A stretch of 64,000 bases of DNA from Leucoraja ocellata (taxonomy: Eukaryota): NCBI GenBank assembly GCA_036785375.1, contig JAWMAR010000044.1, positions 5,890,001-5,954,000 on the forward strand, given 5' to 3'. The notes beneath the pieces were generated by a model. The model was not told where the DNA came from and did not search any database. It worked only from the letters and a program-made list of their open reading frames with translations. Made by a program: the position numbers and the translations under genes. Shown here in pieces: positions 14,101 through 26,354 of the stretch. Numbering within the stretch: position 1 is the stretch's first letter; each line of letters opens with the position of its first letter.

Positions 14101-15811
14101 TAAACTAGCATCAGCAGTTCCTTATTTCTACATTTTGGGTGTGTCTCTAGAATGCGACTCAAGTACACAAACCTTAGACTTTAGAGATACAGCACAGAAA
14201 CAGGCCCTTCTGCCCACCGAGTCCATGCCGACCAATCAACACCCTGTACACGAGCACCATCCTACACATTAGGGACAATTTACAATTTTACCAAAGCCAA
14301 TGAACCTACAAGCCTGCACGTCTTTGGAGTGTGGGAGGAAACCAGAGCACCTGGAGAAAACCCATGTGGTCACAACACCTATAGTCAGGATCAAAGCCGG
14401 GTCTATGGTGCTATAAGCAGCAACTCTACCGCTGAGCCACTGTGCGGCACTACTTGAGAGCCAAGAATGCCTTGTAATTGTGCTGTGCAGATGCAATACT
14501 TTGCAGTTGAACCTCCAGCTAGGTTCAGCCGGCATCAGAAGTATATATTTTACAAATTGACAGTATTCACTCCCAAGAGCCTCTTCTATTCTCTTATTTT
14601 ACTCTCTCGCCAAAGCCCTGTGCTTTTTGATGTATTTGTTATGACAAGAGCTTGGATTTCAAATGTAGTCAGCCTGCAAGATTGCCAATAACTCTGACAT
14701 AAAAGTCAAGCTTCTCAACCTTTCCCCCCCGGGGGCCCGAATTATTCTACCATATGTTTCTTTTGTTCCCGTTTCCTTCATATTTTTACACTTTCTTATT
14801 TTTCAATGAATGGAACAAATTTAACGTGCCGATAGATAAATTAATTTAACTTGCAGCTCAGTTGGTAGTTTTCTCAGTTTAGAAGGTCTTGTCTTAGAAG
14901 CTCATGGTGCATTTCAAAGATTCACCAAGTTGTGGATGAAAACATCTCTTCTCAGCTCTGTCCAGAATGGTCATGACCTTATCTTCAGACTGTTACCCCC
15001 GGCATCTACATACGTATCCCATCCAGGGGAAACACCAACTCTGCATCTCTCCCTCAAGCCCCCTCACGTTGGATGTTTCCTTGTGATCATCTCTCGTTCT
15101 TCCAAACTCAACAGAAGATGAGACTTGGATGTCTGCCTAATCGCTCTGAAGCTCTCTGCAAGATGTTTACAGATTCTTTCAACCGTATGATAGGTTTCTC
15201 TTGGGTAATAACAAGCATTTGACAGTACGAAACATAACAAAGGCAGCTCCAACATCTTTCTTATTTTTCATCTAATATTCTAAGTGCAATCTGTTTTTAA
15301 TGCATGAAATAAACAGCCATAAATATTTGGGGCTTGCAATATTCACCATTATTGCTGAATGGAAACATTGTTTACACCTATGATGCTGCCGTTGCAGGTT
15401 AATAAATTCTACCTCTTTTAGCGAGTTTGCCAGAATGGATGATAATGTTTAGAACAGGGGGCAAATCTAAAAAAAAGCCATAGTACGCCTTTCGAGTCTA
15501 AGTCGACAAATGAAGCTCAATCATTTCCTTTTTTTTTTAAATGGAAACTGCACTACCTGCATCGTGGACCTTCAGAACCAACACCCTCCGTACAAAATGA
15601 AGAGAAAAGTAATCAATACTATTGTTGAACAAAATCATAAGTTTTGCAAGAAATTAAACACCAACTTGCTTTTGCCTCGGGTGTCACATCATTAGAAAAG
15701 TGTATCACCCTAGAGTGTAGATTGAGGGTCATACTATGTTTTATCCACAGTGACAAGGTCAAGTTCCACTTATAGGAAGGGATATAAAGAAACAAGAAAA
15801 TGCTTCAATGA

Positions 15812-15840
15812 CTGAAGAAGGGTTTCGGCCCGAAACGTTG
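15812..15840 (+). ncRNA. Minimal hammerhead ribozyme motif in a Penelope terminal repeat (repeat ~15810-15906)
   Basis: CUGAAGA-A-GGGU(UUCG)GCCC-GAAA-CGUU. Hammerhead core boxes, 4-bp stem II with UUCG loop, self-complementary AACGUU stem III. Activity untested. Confidence 0.65.
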
Positions 15841-16235
15841 CCTATTTCCTTCGCTCCATAGATGCTGCCGCACCCGCTGAGTTTCTCCAGCAATTTTGTC
15901 TACCTTCATTTTTCTTATCACTTTCAAACTACATCCCTTCTCAGCGAGCCTTATGAGTAGCACTCAGTCATGATAGACAATACCTCATATTTCTGAGTAT
16001 ATATTGATGTACAAGTAATACATAGGCTGAAGAACAATATAATCTCAATTTTTAAATTCTGTAATGCAGTTCGTCCAGTCTTTACAGCAGAAAATAAATG
16101 TCTCTCATATAAAAAGAACATCAAGCCGTGTATTTAACTTGCAATACACTTAAGTTGGCTTCAATTTAAAATATATGTCTCTCATTTTATGCAAAAGCCA
16201 GGTCAGAACTGAATGTCTTCAAATCCTTTAACTTG

Positions 16236-16430
16236 TCAGTGCAATAGCACTGGTTTTGTAAGGTTCATCGGTACATAAACATTAGAAGCAGCGTGTTCAC
16301 TCAAGTACTCTCCCCCCTTCTCTTCATAGTCTGCCAGTGTGATCCAGCCTTCAGCTTGATCGATGTGCTCAATAGCCCAGTCTCTTGCACCAAACCAGGC
16401 ATCTAGAACAGGATTGGAAGCAAGGGCCAC
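16236..16430 (-). CDS. ACTR5: ACTR5 exon 9 (terminal coding exon)
   Basis: [22 protein letters not shown]...[36 protein letters not shown]. Acceptor TTTTTCAG|, TGA at 16238-16236. Confidence 0.96.
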   Translation of the reverse strand: MALASNPVLDAWFGARDWAIEHIDQAEGWITLADYEEKGGEYLSEHAASNVYVPMNLTKPVLLH

Positions 16431-16964
16431 CTGAAAAATACAAGGGCCCATATCAGTATATACAATTCTATACAACTTAGGAGAAATTACTTAAAGGAGA
16501 AAGGTAAATACGTGACCACTAATTCATGGTGATATCGTGTCACTTTCATGAATTTTGTTTCCAGAGATTGGTCCGCATGGTGGCACAGTGGTAAAGCTGC
16601 TGCCTTACAGCGCCAGAGATCTGGGTTTGATCCTGACTACTGGTGCTGTCTGTACAGAGTTTGTGCGTTCTCCCTGTGACCTGCGTGGTTTTTCTCCAGG
16701 AGCTCCAGTATACAGAATTGTCCCTAGTGTGTGTGGGATTGTGCTAGCGTGCAGGGATCGCCGATCGGCACGGACACGTTGGGTTGAAAGCAGTGTTTCC
16801 GCGCTGTATCTCTAAACTAAACTAAAAAGCATCCATTGCCCCAAACGTTGGTCAACAGTGGGTCAGAGGGTAGATCAACTTTGATTTCCACATTTGTCAT
16901 TACTGCCTCTTCCTTGCCATCCATCCAACACATCCAACTTAACACAGCTTTGCTGTCGTAGTAC

Positions 16965-17097
16965 CTGGAACGACGACCGAAATGGCCTCATGGCAAGAAG
17001 CTCCCTCTCCATCCGCGTCTTCATCCCAGGATATAGAATGTTTCCGCCGGTAAGGAATACATTTTGTACAAGTTCGTCTTGTTGTTGCTTTGTGTAT
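16965..17097 (-). CDS. ACTR5: ACTR5 exon 8
   Basis: Translated by hand (not in the ORF track): (R)[44 protein letters not shown], containing the actin-fold LTGG motif. AATAG| acceptor, CAG|GTACTA donor, 133 nt. Confidence 0.96.
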
Positions 17098-17134
17098 CTA
17101 TTAAAGCAGAATTAAAGCAGATTTATTGAGAGCA

Positions 17135-17645
17135 ATTTCTGGCCCCATATCCGAGGAAGGATGCGCTGGCATTGGAGAGGATTCAGAAGTTTACAAGAAT
17201 GGTTGGGTTGGCATATGATGAACATTTAATGGCACTGGGCCTGTACTCGCTGGAGTTTAGAAAATTGAGGGGGGAGTCTTGTTGAAACTTACGGAATAAT
17301 AAAAGTCCTGGATAGAGTAGATGTGGAGAGGATGTTTCCTTTAGAGGGAGAATCGAAGACCCGATGCCATAGCCTCAGAATAAAAGGACGTACGTTTAGA
17401 TGAGGAACTTTGTTAAGTCAAAGGGTGGGGAATCTGTGGAATTCATTGCCAAAGACAGCTGTTGAGGCCAAGTCAGTGGATATTGTTAAGGCAGAGATTG
17501 AGAAATTCTTGATTAGTAACGATGTCAGGGGTTATGGGGAGAAGGCAGGAGAATGGGGTTGCGAGGGAAAGATCAATCAACCATGACTGATTGACAGAGT
17601 AAGACTTGATGGGCCAAATTGCCTAATTCTCATCCTATAACTTAT
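17135..17645 (+). mobile_element. CR1 LINE 3' end (other copies at ~4810-5150+, 5410-5675-, 6770-7110+, 12155-12475-, 27270-27622+, 53735-54725+, 55760-56260-, 57415-57730+, 58300-58930+, 62145-62490-)
   Basis: Decayed LYSLEFRKLRG, GATAGAGTAGATGTGGAGAGGATGTTTCC, CAGCCTCAGAATAAAAGG and GGAGAAGGCAGGAGAATGGGG hallmarks. Confidence 0.8.
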
Positions 17646-18889
17646 GAACTCATTAATTTATTTTTTTACAGCTTTCTGTTGCAGTTTTCAATCTTCAACT
17701 CATTCGTCCATGGGCATGCCATGTTTTGTACAAGCGATGGATACGTTGGCAATGGTTCTCCCAATGACTTCCTCCCAAGGTTATTCTGAGGTTGACTCAC
17801 AGCTAGGGTTTGTTTACCTTGCACTCTGCCATCTCAAGGAGCAGCACCAAGAGATTAGACAGGGCTGCACAGGGTTGTGGTAAGTTTAGATTTAGATGTT
17901 AGAAGCTGTTTCCATTAGCAGATGGACAGATTCAAACTGACAGGCAAAAGACACGTTTAGTTTAGTTTATTGTTGTCACCTGAACCAAGGTGCTGTGAGA
18001 AGCTTTTTTTGTTGCATGCTATCCAGTCAGCGAAAAGATTATACATGATTACAATCGAGCCATCCACAGTGTACAGATACAGGATAAAGGGAATCTGTTG
18101 AAATAAAGCTTGCAATCACTGTGGCAATTTTACAGTGCAATGTTAAATAATTCTAATTGGCGGTAGAGTTGCTGCCTAACAGCACCAGAAACCCAGGGTC
18201 AATCCCGACTACGGGCGCTGTCTGTATGGAGTTTGCATGTTCTCCTTGTGACCGCATGGGTTCTCTCCGGGTGTTCCGGTTTCCTCGCACTTTCCAAAGA
18301 CGTACAGGTTTTTAGGTTAATTGGCTTCTGTAAATAGTCCCAAGTGTGTAGGACAGAACTAGTGTACGGTTGATCATTGGTTGGCGGCAGACCCAATGGG
18401 CCTGTTTCCACGCTGTATCTCCAAACTAATCAACATAAGCCACTTTGTTCACCCATCTCAGATAAAACTTAATGCACGAAAGCTAATATTTCTATTCTAC
18501 TTACAATCATAAATCCATCCTCGTACAAGATGAATGAGTACGGGTGAACAAATGTTTAAAACACGATTGCCAAGTTTTGGGTTGTGGAATGGATATCCTT
18601 CTGGATCAGCCTCAAAAGAAATGTATTTTCAGCCAAGTATTTTAAGTCTGCTTACTTGCAGACTCAATCATTATTGTATTGAGGTGGGCACCATTATGCT
18701 GCTCTATAGCTGGTTCCTCGTGCAATTAAACAAACAGTGCCACGAAAAAGAAAACTCATCAGCCACCATCTAGCCCAAGGCACCAATGATCTTTTTGCTT
18801 TGCTAGTTCTTTAGTTCAGAATAGCCGCTTCTTCATCCAAATAGAGAAGGCCAGTATAATACCAGTGTAAAAGCCAGGTTTGAAGTGTA

Positions 18890-19440
18890 GGCTTAGGTTT
18901 ATTATTGTCACCGGCACTGAAGTACAGAGAAAAGGTTTGTTTTACATATTATCCAGTCAGATCAGATAATACTCTACACAAATACAATCATGTCAACATT
19001 CAAGTACAATGGGTAGAGCAATGGGGGAGATACAGAGGCCAGAATATAGTCTTCAGCATTACAGTGGACCCTTTCCATAGACCTCAGGAAGTAGAGGTGA
19101 ACCGCACAGTACCCTGGCTCATGGATGGGCCGTTTAGAAGCCTCATAATAGAGGGGAAGAACCTGTTCCTATGACTGGAGGTGCATGCTTCCAGGCTTCT
19201 GTACATTCTGCCAGACAGGAGCAGGAAGAGATGAAGAAATGACCCGAATGTGAGGTCTTTGATTATACTAGCTGCTTTTTCGATGTGGAGTGTAGATCGA
19301 GTCACTGGTGGGAGGTTTGGTCTGTGTGACGGACTGGGCTACATCGACAACTCTTTGCAATTTCTGGGGCAGAGCTGTTCCCAAACCAAGCTGTGACACA
19401 TCCCAACAGTATGGACCTTTTGAAGCTTTTACACTGGCAG
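18890..19440 (-). mobile_element. Rex1-type LINE 3' end fragment (also ~53155-53525+, 60600-61030-, 50567-50825+)
   Basis: ILLGCVTAWFGNSSA, KLQRVV..AQS, KAASIIKD...LLSGRMYRSL...RNRFFPSIMRLLN, then AATAAA plus simple-repeat tail. Confidence 0.8.
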
Positions 19441-21228
19441 ATGGGACTAGTGTAGATGGGACATGTTGGCCAGGGTAGGCAGACTGGGCCGAAAGACCTG
19501 TTTTCACACTGCATGACTATGACACTACAATAGGTGGAGCAAAGGGGAGGATAGAGAGTGCTGAATATAGTTCTCAGCATTGTATGGGACTTGGTCTGAC
19601 AAAAATTGCCATCTTTCTTCCTATCGTTTTTGCTAAAGGACTAAGATCAGGACTCTCAGGATAGGAGTAGAAATTGGATAATGTTGTCCTTGGAGATGAC
19701 GACAGCACCGCCTCCATGGACAGGTATATAGGACATGCCGGCTGCACGGGATTAACTCAGAGAAAAGCATGACCCTGTTTCTGCTACTATTCTGGCACAA
19801 CTATTCTTAGTTCTTTAAAAAGATTGTAAAGATGATGGCGTTTTTGTGTCCTATCTCACACCAAGACCCACTCACTCATCACCCGTCTCTGCTTAGTTTA
19901 ACAATGCAGCGCGTCAATGAGCCTTTTGGTCCACCATGTATGCACCAACCAGCGAACCCTATCCTACACACTAGGGACTATTTTTAACAATTTTTACTGA
20001 AGCCAATTAACCTTCAAATCAGTGTAGGAAGGAACTGCAGATGTTGATTTACACTGAAGATAGGCACAGAGCGCTGAAGTAACTCAGCGGACCAGGCAGC
20101 ATTTCTGGAGAAATGGGTGGGTGACGTTGTGGGTCGGATCCTTTCTTCAGTCTCACCCGAAACGTCACCCACCCTTTTTCGCCAGAGAGGCTGCCTGACC
20201 CGCTGATTACTCCAGCACTTTGTGTCTATCTTCAACCTACAAACCTGTACGTCTTTGGAGTGTGGGAGGAAACCGGAGCACCCGGAGAACACCCACGTGG
20301 TCACAGGGAGAATGTGCACACTCCATACAGACAGCATTCACAGTCAGGATCGAAACCGGGTCTCTGGCACACAAAGGCAACAGCTCTACCGCTGTACCAC
20401 TGTGCCACCCTTTCTTTAAACAAGCGAACTAGACAGAAATGGGTCACAGTGAGTGGTACGACAATATATCTTGATTTCACAGCAAGGTCACTGATCTCTC
20501 CTTTGTCAGGTGAATGTGAACAGTTGGTGCCAAACATCCTGCATTCCCGTATCTCACAGGGAAACCCCGCTAGTGGCTTTGTCATAACATGTCACTCAGT
20601 GGAACAGAGATACTGCAGAGATAGTGACACACACGCAATGTAAGGTGTTTGATCACAAGTTGAAAATAAACAGACCAATTTCCAAACGTAAGCCTATTTC
20701 TATTCTGTTTTGGTTTTTAGTTTTAGTGATACAGCGTGGAAACAGGCCCTTCGATCCACCGAGTCCAAGCCGACCATGATCACCCGTACACCAGTTCTAT
20801 CCTGAACTAGTCTGGTCTGAAGAAGGGTCTCGACCAGAAACGTCACCCATTGCTTCTCTCCAGAGATGCTGCCTGTCCCGCTGACTTACTCCAGCATTTT
20901 GTGTCTACCTTCGATTTAAACCAGAATCTGCAGATTTTCCTACACACTAGTTCTATCCAGTACGCTAGGGACAATGTACAGCGGCCAATTAATCTACAAA
21001 CCTGTACGTCTTTGGTGTGTGGGAGTCAACCGGAGCAGCTGGAGAAAACCCAGGCAGTCACAGCGACAACGTACAAAACCCATCCCAGACAGCACCAGAG
21101 GTCAGGATTAAACCCAGGTCTCTGGCGCTGTGAGGCAGCAACTCTACCGCAGTGCTACTGTGCCGCACCCTCTGCACCACTCTGTTCTTATGCTGTTAAT
21201 CGATTCAATAAAACCTGAAGAGACATAC

Positions 21229-21377
21229 CTGTCCAGAACATACTGTATTGTTTCGGCGATGCCAGACTGTTCCTCTCCTATCAGAGATGGCTGGAACATA
21301 ACTTCAGGGACCCGGATGCGCTCACTTCCCAGATGCAGCTGATGATATTCTGCAAGGTTGAACATCTGTCCAATTGG
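21229..21377 (-). CDS. ACTR5: ACTR5 exon 7
   Basis: [49 protein letters not shown](R). Polypyrimidine tract plus TAG acceptor, donor AG|GTATGT. An alternative in-frame CAG lies 12 nt inside. Confidence 0.93.
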
Positions 21378-22879
21378 CTATATAAAAAGGCAGAGGTTGA
21401 TAATAAGTAAAATTCAAATATTGGGCACTGTGAATCTCCTTTTAATGAATTCACAGATTGGTATCATTCACATTTTTTAAAAATGTATACTTTTCTAATA
21501 GCACAAAGCTGCTACAGATTCTTAAAAAGACAATGTTTAACACAAGCCAGATATCTCAATCCCCAAGTAGACTAACGCAACAGATGTGAATAAATGTAAA
21601 TCTGAAGGGTAGATACATGGACTGCAGTTGCTGGTTTACAAAATAAATGCTGGAGGAACTCAGTGGGCCGGCCTCCATCTCGAAGTCACAGAGCCATGCA
21701 GCATTGAAACAGGCCACTCGGCCCAATATGCCCATGCTGCCCAAGATGCCTTCTACACTACAAGATGAGGGGGCAATGATTTAATAGAAACCCGAGGGAC
21801 AAGGTTTTTTTTGTTTTTTTTAAACACAGAGGGTGGTGTTACATGAAATGAGTTGCTGGAAGAAGTAGTTGAGGCAGGTACTATCACAATGTTTAATAAA
21901 CATTTGGACAGGTACGTAGGTAGGATTGGTTTATGGGACAAACAAAAGCAGGCGGTACTCGTGTAGATGGGACATGTTGGTCGGTGTGGGCAAGTTATGA
22001 CTATGACTAGTTCCACCTGCCCAGGTTTGACTCATATCCCTCCAAACCTTTCCCGTACATGTACCTGTCCAAATGACTTTTTGGAGGACATGAAGAGGTG
22101 ATGATTTGGGCTGGGACTCTTTAGTACGGAGCAGAAAAATGAAAATGAGTTGGGGAGGGACAAAGCCTGGCAAGTGATAGGTGGAGTCACAAGGAACTGT
22201 AGAGATGCTGGTTTACAAAAAAAGACACTAAATGCTGGAGGAATTCAGCGAGTCAGGCAGAATTTCTGGGGGGACATAAATAGGCGATGTTTTGAGTTGG
22301 GATCCTTCTTCAGACTGATTGTAATGGAGTGGTGGGGTGGAGGGGAAGAAATCTAAAAGAGAGATGGAGGCAGGACAATGCCAGGCAAGTGATAGGTAGG
22401 TGGGTACAGGTGATGGAGCATTTGATTGGCAGATGGGTGGATAAAGGCCAGAGATGAAGAGCCATTGGCCATGTTAATTACACAGGCCACGTTAATGGCA
22501 TAGTTGCGCAGTGGTCGTGTCGCTGCCGTACTGTGCCAGAGACCCAGGTTCGATCCTGACTTCGGGTGCTGTCAATAAAGAGTTTGTACGTTCTCCCTGT
22601 GACCGGGTGCTCCGGTTTCCTCACACACGCCAAAGATGTACAGGTTTGTAGGTTAATTGACTTCTGTAAATTGTAAATTGTCCCTAGTTTGTAGGGTAGT
22701 GCTAGTGTACGCGGTGATAGCTAGTCAGCACGGACTCAGTTGGCCAAAGGACCCTTTTCCGCGCTGCATCTCTGAATTAAACTAAAGTGCCTGCTTCCAT
22801 GCTGAATCTCTAAAGCCACAGCATACCATTTGCTTGCATTTCACTATCATTGAAAGCAGATGCAAAACTGCACGCATTC

Positions 22880-23757
22880 AACTTGAAATATCACCTTCCA
22901 CCCCATCAGCCTTCGTATACAACACCTAATCCTCCAAAAATCCCGCCACCTCCAATGGGATCCCGCCACTAGCCACATTTTCCCAACTCAACCCCTTTCC
23001 GCCTTCCGCAGAGAATGTTCCCTCCGCAACTCCCTGGTTAACTCATCCCACCCACCTCCTCTCCAGGTACCTTCCCCTGCAACCTCAGAAGATGTAACAC
23101 CTGTCGCTATACCTCCTCCCTCGACTGTCCATGGACCCCGACAGCCCTTTCAGGTTAGGCAGAGGTTCACTGGCACTTCCTCCAACCTCATCTACTGTAT
23201 CCGTTGCTCAAGATGTGGACTCTTATACATCGGCGAGACCAAACGCAGACCGGGCGATTGTTTCATTGAACACCTTCGCTCAGTCCACCGGAACCCAACT
23301 GATCTCCCGGTTGCTGGACACTAATTCTCCTTCCCATTCCGACACAGGCCTTTCTGTCCTCAGTCTCCTCCATTGTCAGGGTGAGGCTAAACACAAATTG
23401 GAGGAACAGCATCTCATATTTCGCTTGGGCAGCTTACAGCCCAGTGGTATGAATATTGATTTCTCTGACTTCAGGTAGTCCCGGCATTCCCCCTCTCCCT
23501 ATCCCTCCTCCACCTAAGTCGCTAGCTTCTCATTTTCACCCTACAAATAGCTTACAATGGCCTGTTTCCTTTATCATCATTACTTTTTTGCATATCTTTC
23601 ATTCATTGTTCTTTATCTCTCCACATCGCCATCTATAGTTCTCGTTTCCCTTATCCCTAACCAGTCTGAAGAAGAGCCTCGACTTAAAACATCATCCATT
23701 CCTTCTCTCCACAGATGCTGCCTGTCCCGCTGAGTTACTCCAGCTTTTTGCGTCTAT
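22880..23757 (+). mobile_element. Degenerate Penelope element 3' half (GIY-YIG plus terminal repeat), ACTR5 intron 6
   Basis: PGTFPCNLRRCNTC, YIGETKRR, KLEEQHLIFRLGSLQPSGMNIDFSDFR*, then a pyrimidine tract and a decayed CTGAAGAAG hammerhead box at ~23665. Confidence 0.85.
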
Positions 23758-26228
23758 TAATGGTTTAGGATGTTGGATATTCACAACTGGTTGAAGGACA
23801 TACTTAAAAATGTCAATTCTGATTCATTTCTTCGTAGGTGTAGCCACATCCAGCAGCATTTTCTGTATATGCAGCAAAGAGAATCACAAATGCATAATTT
23901 CATGCTAAAATGTGCAAAGATTTCAAATATTTCTTTCTGATACTCCAGCCTATAACCTGGGATCTTTCTGATACGAGTAATAATATTGCCATCAATCCAG
24001 ATTCCCTGCACCCACAATTCGACCTGTAATTCAGTCAGTCACTCAATCAACACGAGATTCAATTATTGACGCCATTTGTCCTTGGGATTATCTAATTAGT
24101 GATCCTAAGAGTTATTTTGTAATTGTTGACCAAAAATATGACAGCCTCCTTAATTTCCCATGACACAACGTTGGAGCTGCCACCTAATCACCTCAAACAA
24201 CCTTCATCAACCAACGTACAAAAAATCCACAAAGTGCCAGAGTAACACGGGAGGTACTGGAGTAGATTTGCTGTCTTACAGTGCCTGTACGTTCTCCCTG
24301 TGACCGTGTGGGATTTCTCCAGGTGCTCCAGTTTCCTCCCACACTCCAAAGACAAACAAGTTTGTAGGTTAATTGGTTCAGTATAATTGTAAATTGTCCC
24401 TTGTGTGGGATAGTGCTAGTGTAGGCGGGATCGCTGGTCTGCACGGACTGGGTGGGCCGAAGGGCCTGCTTCCATGCTGTATCTCTGAACTAAACTCAGC
24501 AGGTCGGGCAGCATCTCTGGAAAACATAGATCCATGTTCTCCAGAGATGCTGCCTGAAATGTTGAGTTACTCCAGTAAAGTTTTTTTGTTTTTTGCAAAA
24601 CAGCATCTGCAGTTCCTTGCACAAACAAAACATTCCACACTATAACACTTTGGAAATCGTTAGTCCTAAGTTACCTGTTCCTCCCAAATATAGTAAACTT
24701 AGTTACATGCCATATCTCAAATTATCCCAATGCCTTTTACTTTTTGTTTTGTGCTGATAGAAATCTCTGTACTAACTGTTTTCATTGCCTTTTGTGGGAA
24801 GTATCACTAAGGCAGCAGAGATGCACAGTGATAGAGCTACTGCCTTACAGCACCAGAGACCCAGTTTCGATCCTGACTATGGGTGTTGTCTGTACGGAGT
24901 TCTCCTTGTGACCGCCTGGGTTTTCTCTGAGCACACCAGCTCCTTCCCACAATCCAAAGACGTGCAAGTTTGTAGATTAATTGGTTTCGGTAAAAAATAT
25001 AAATTCCCCCGTGGGTAGGATAGTGCAAGTCGACACAGACTCAGTGGGCTGAAGGACCTGTTTCTGAGCTGCATCTCTCTGAACTAAACTAAAGTGCCTA
25101 TTACCACGCTGTGTCTCTAAAGTCCAAAGATATACACTTCTCACTGGAAACAAATAAGGTGGAAAAGCAAGGGAAATTAAGTTAATTGCACAATTTTTGC
25201 TGGTACAGGTCGAATGGACTGAAAGGACCCTATGTGCTGTATGTTTAAATAAACTGACTGAAATATCAGAAAGACAGGCTAGTTTTTAATTTATTTCCTT
25301 TTAAGAGCGTGCCAATAACTACTGTACAGAGATGGTGAAATAGCCTGTCCTAGATTCTCCACCCCGTGGGATTTGGAGGCCAGATCATTGAGGGGAATTT
25401 AAAGAAGAATGAAAGATTTTTTTGAAAGATCAGGGAATTCAGGGCACTCTGGCACTGAGACAGATGAGATGAAGCCAGGGACAGATCAGTTATGATCATA
25501 TTGAATGGCGAGGCAGATTTGAGATCTATCCCCACTATTTTCTTGTTCTTGTGTCTGTAAATTAACTGCTACACTTCAGAACCAAGTCTGACAACAGAAT
25601 GAGCCTGCTTAGTTTTTTGTTTTTAGGGACACAGCATGGATACAGGCCCTTCGTCCCAATGAGTCCACGCCGACCATTGATCTCCCGTTCACTCTAGTAC
25701 CATGTTTTTCCACATTCACATCTGTTTCCTATACATTAGGAGCAATTGACAGAGGCCAATTAACCTACAAACCTTTGAGATGTGGATAGGAAGCCGGAGC
25801 ACCAGGAGGAAATCCACAAGGTCACAAGGAGTAAGGTGTAAACTCCACACAAACAGCACCTGTAGTCAGGATTGCATCCAGGTCTGTTACGTTGTGAGGC
25901 AGCAGCTCTACTAGCTGCACCACTGTGCTGTCAATTCAATATTGGAGTCAATTCAAGGTTGTAATCTAATCTTCATTAATCAATACACAATTAATTTAAA
26001 ACTATCAACAAAATCACAATTAAGGACTGACGCTCAGGTAATGATAGCTTTAAATACAACTTGCCTGAAGCCCACGAGCATACAAATGGATTTATCTGCA
26101 AAAATACATTTCTCCACATATGATTTTCATTTGCAAGTAGGATTGCCAATGCTCTGGATTTTGTGTGAGAAACGGAACGCAATGCACAAGGGAGCTTCTT
26201 GCTGGATAAATAGCTGTTGAAATCTTAC

Positions 26229-26354
26229 CTGAACAACATTGGTTTGCTTTCCAAAATCACTCTGATATTCAGGGAAAAGCTGTTCCAGATCATTGACTCC
26301 TTCCAAGTCATCCATTGACTGGTCGCAATTCAATACCTGATCCAGATCAGAAAC
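26229..26354 (-). CDS. ACTR5: ACTR5 exon 6
   Basis: VSDLDQVLNCDQSMDDLEGVNDLEQLFPEYQSDFGKQTNVVQ resembles the acidic ARP5 insertion exon. TTGCAG| acceptor, CAG|GTAAGA donor, 126 nt, phase 0/0. Confidence 0.9.

Noticed and set aside
15296-15301. ACTR5 polyadenylation signal (ATTAAA on minus strand)
   Set aside because: Plausible but not distinguishable from chance in AT-rich DNA without 3'-end data.
20410-20700. Unique intron 7 segment as a snoRNA or other ncRNA
   Set aside because: No convincing C/D or H/ACA box arrangement seen on the sense strand.
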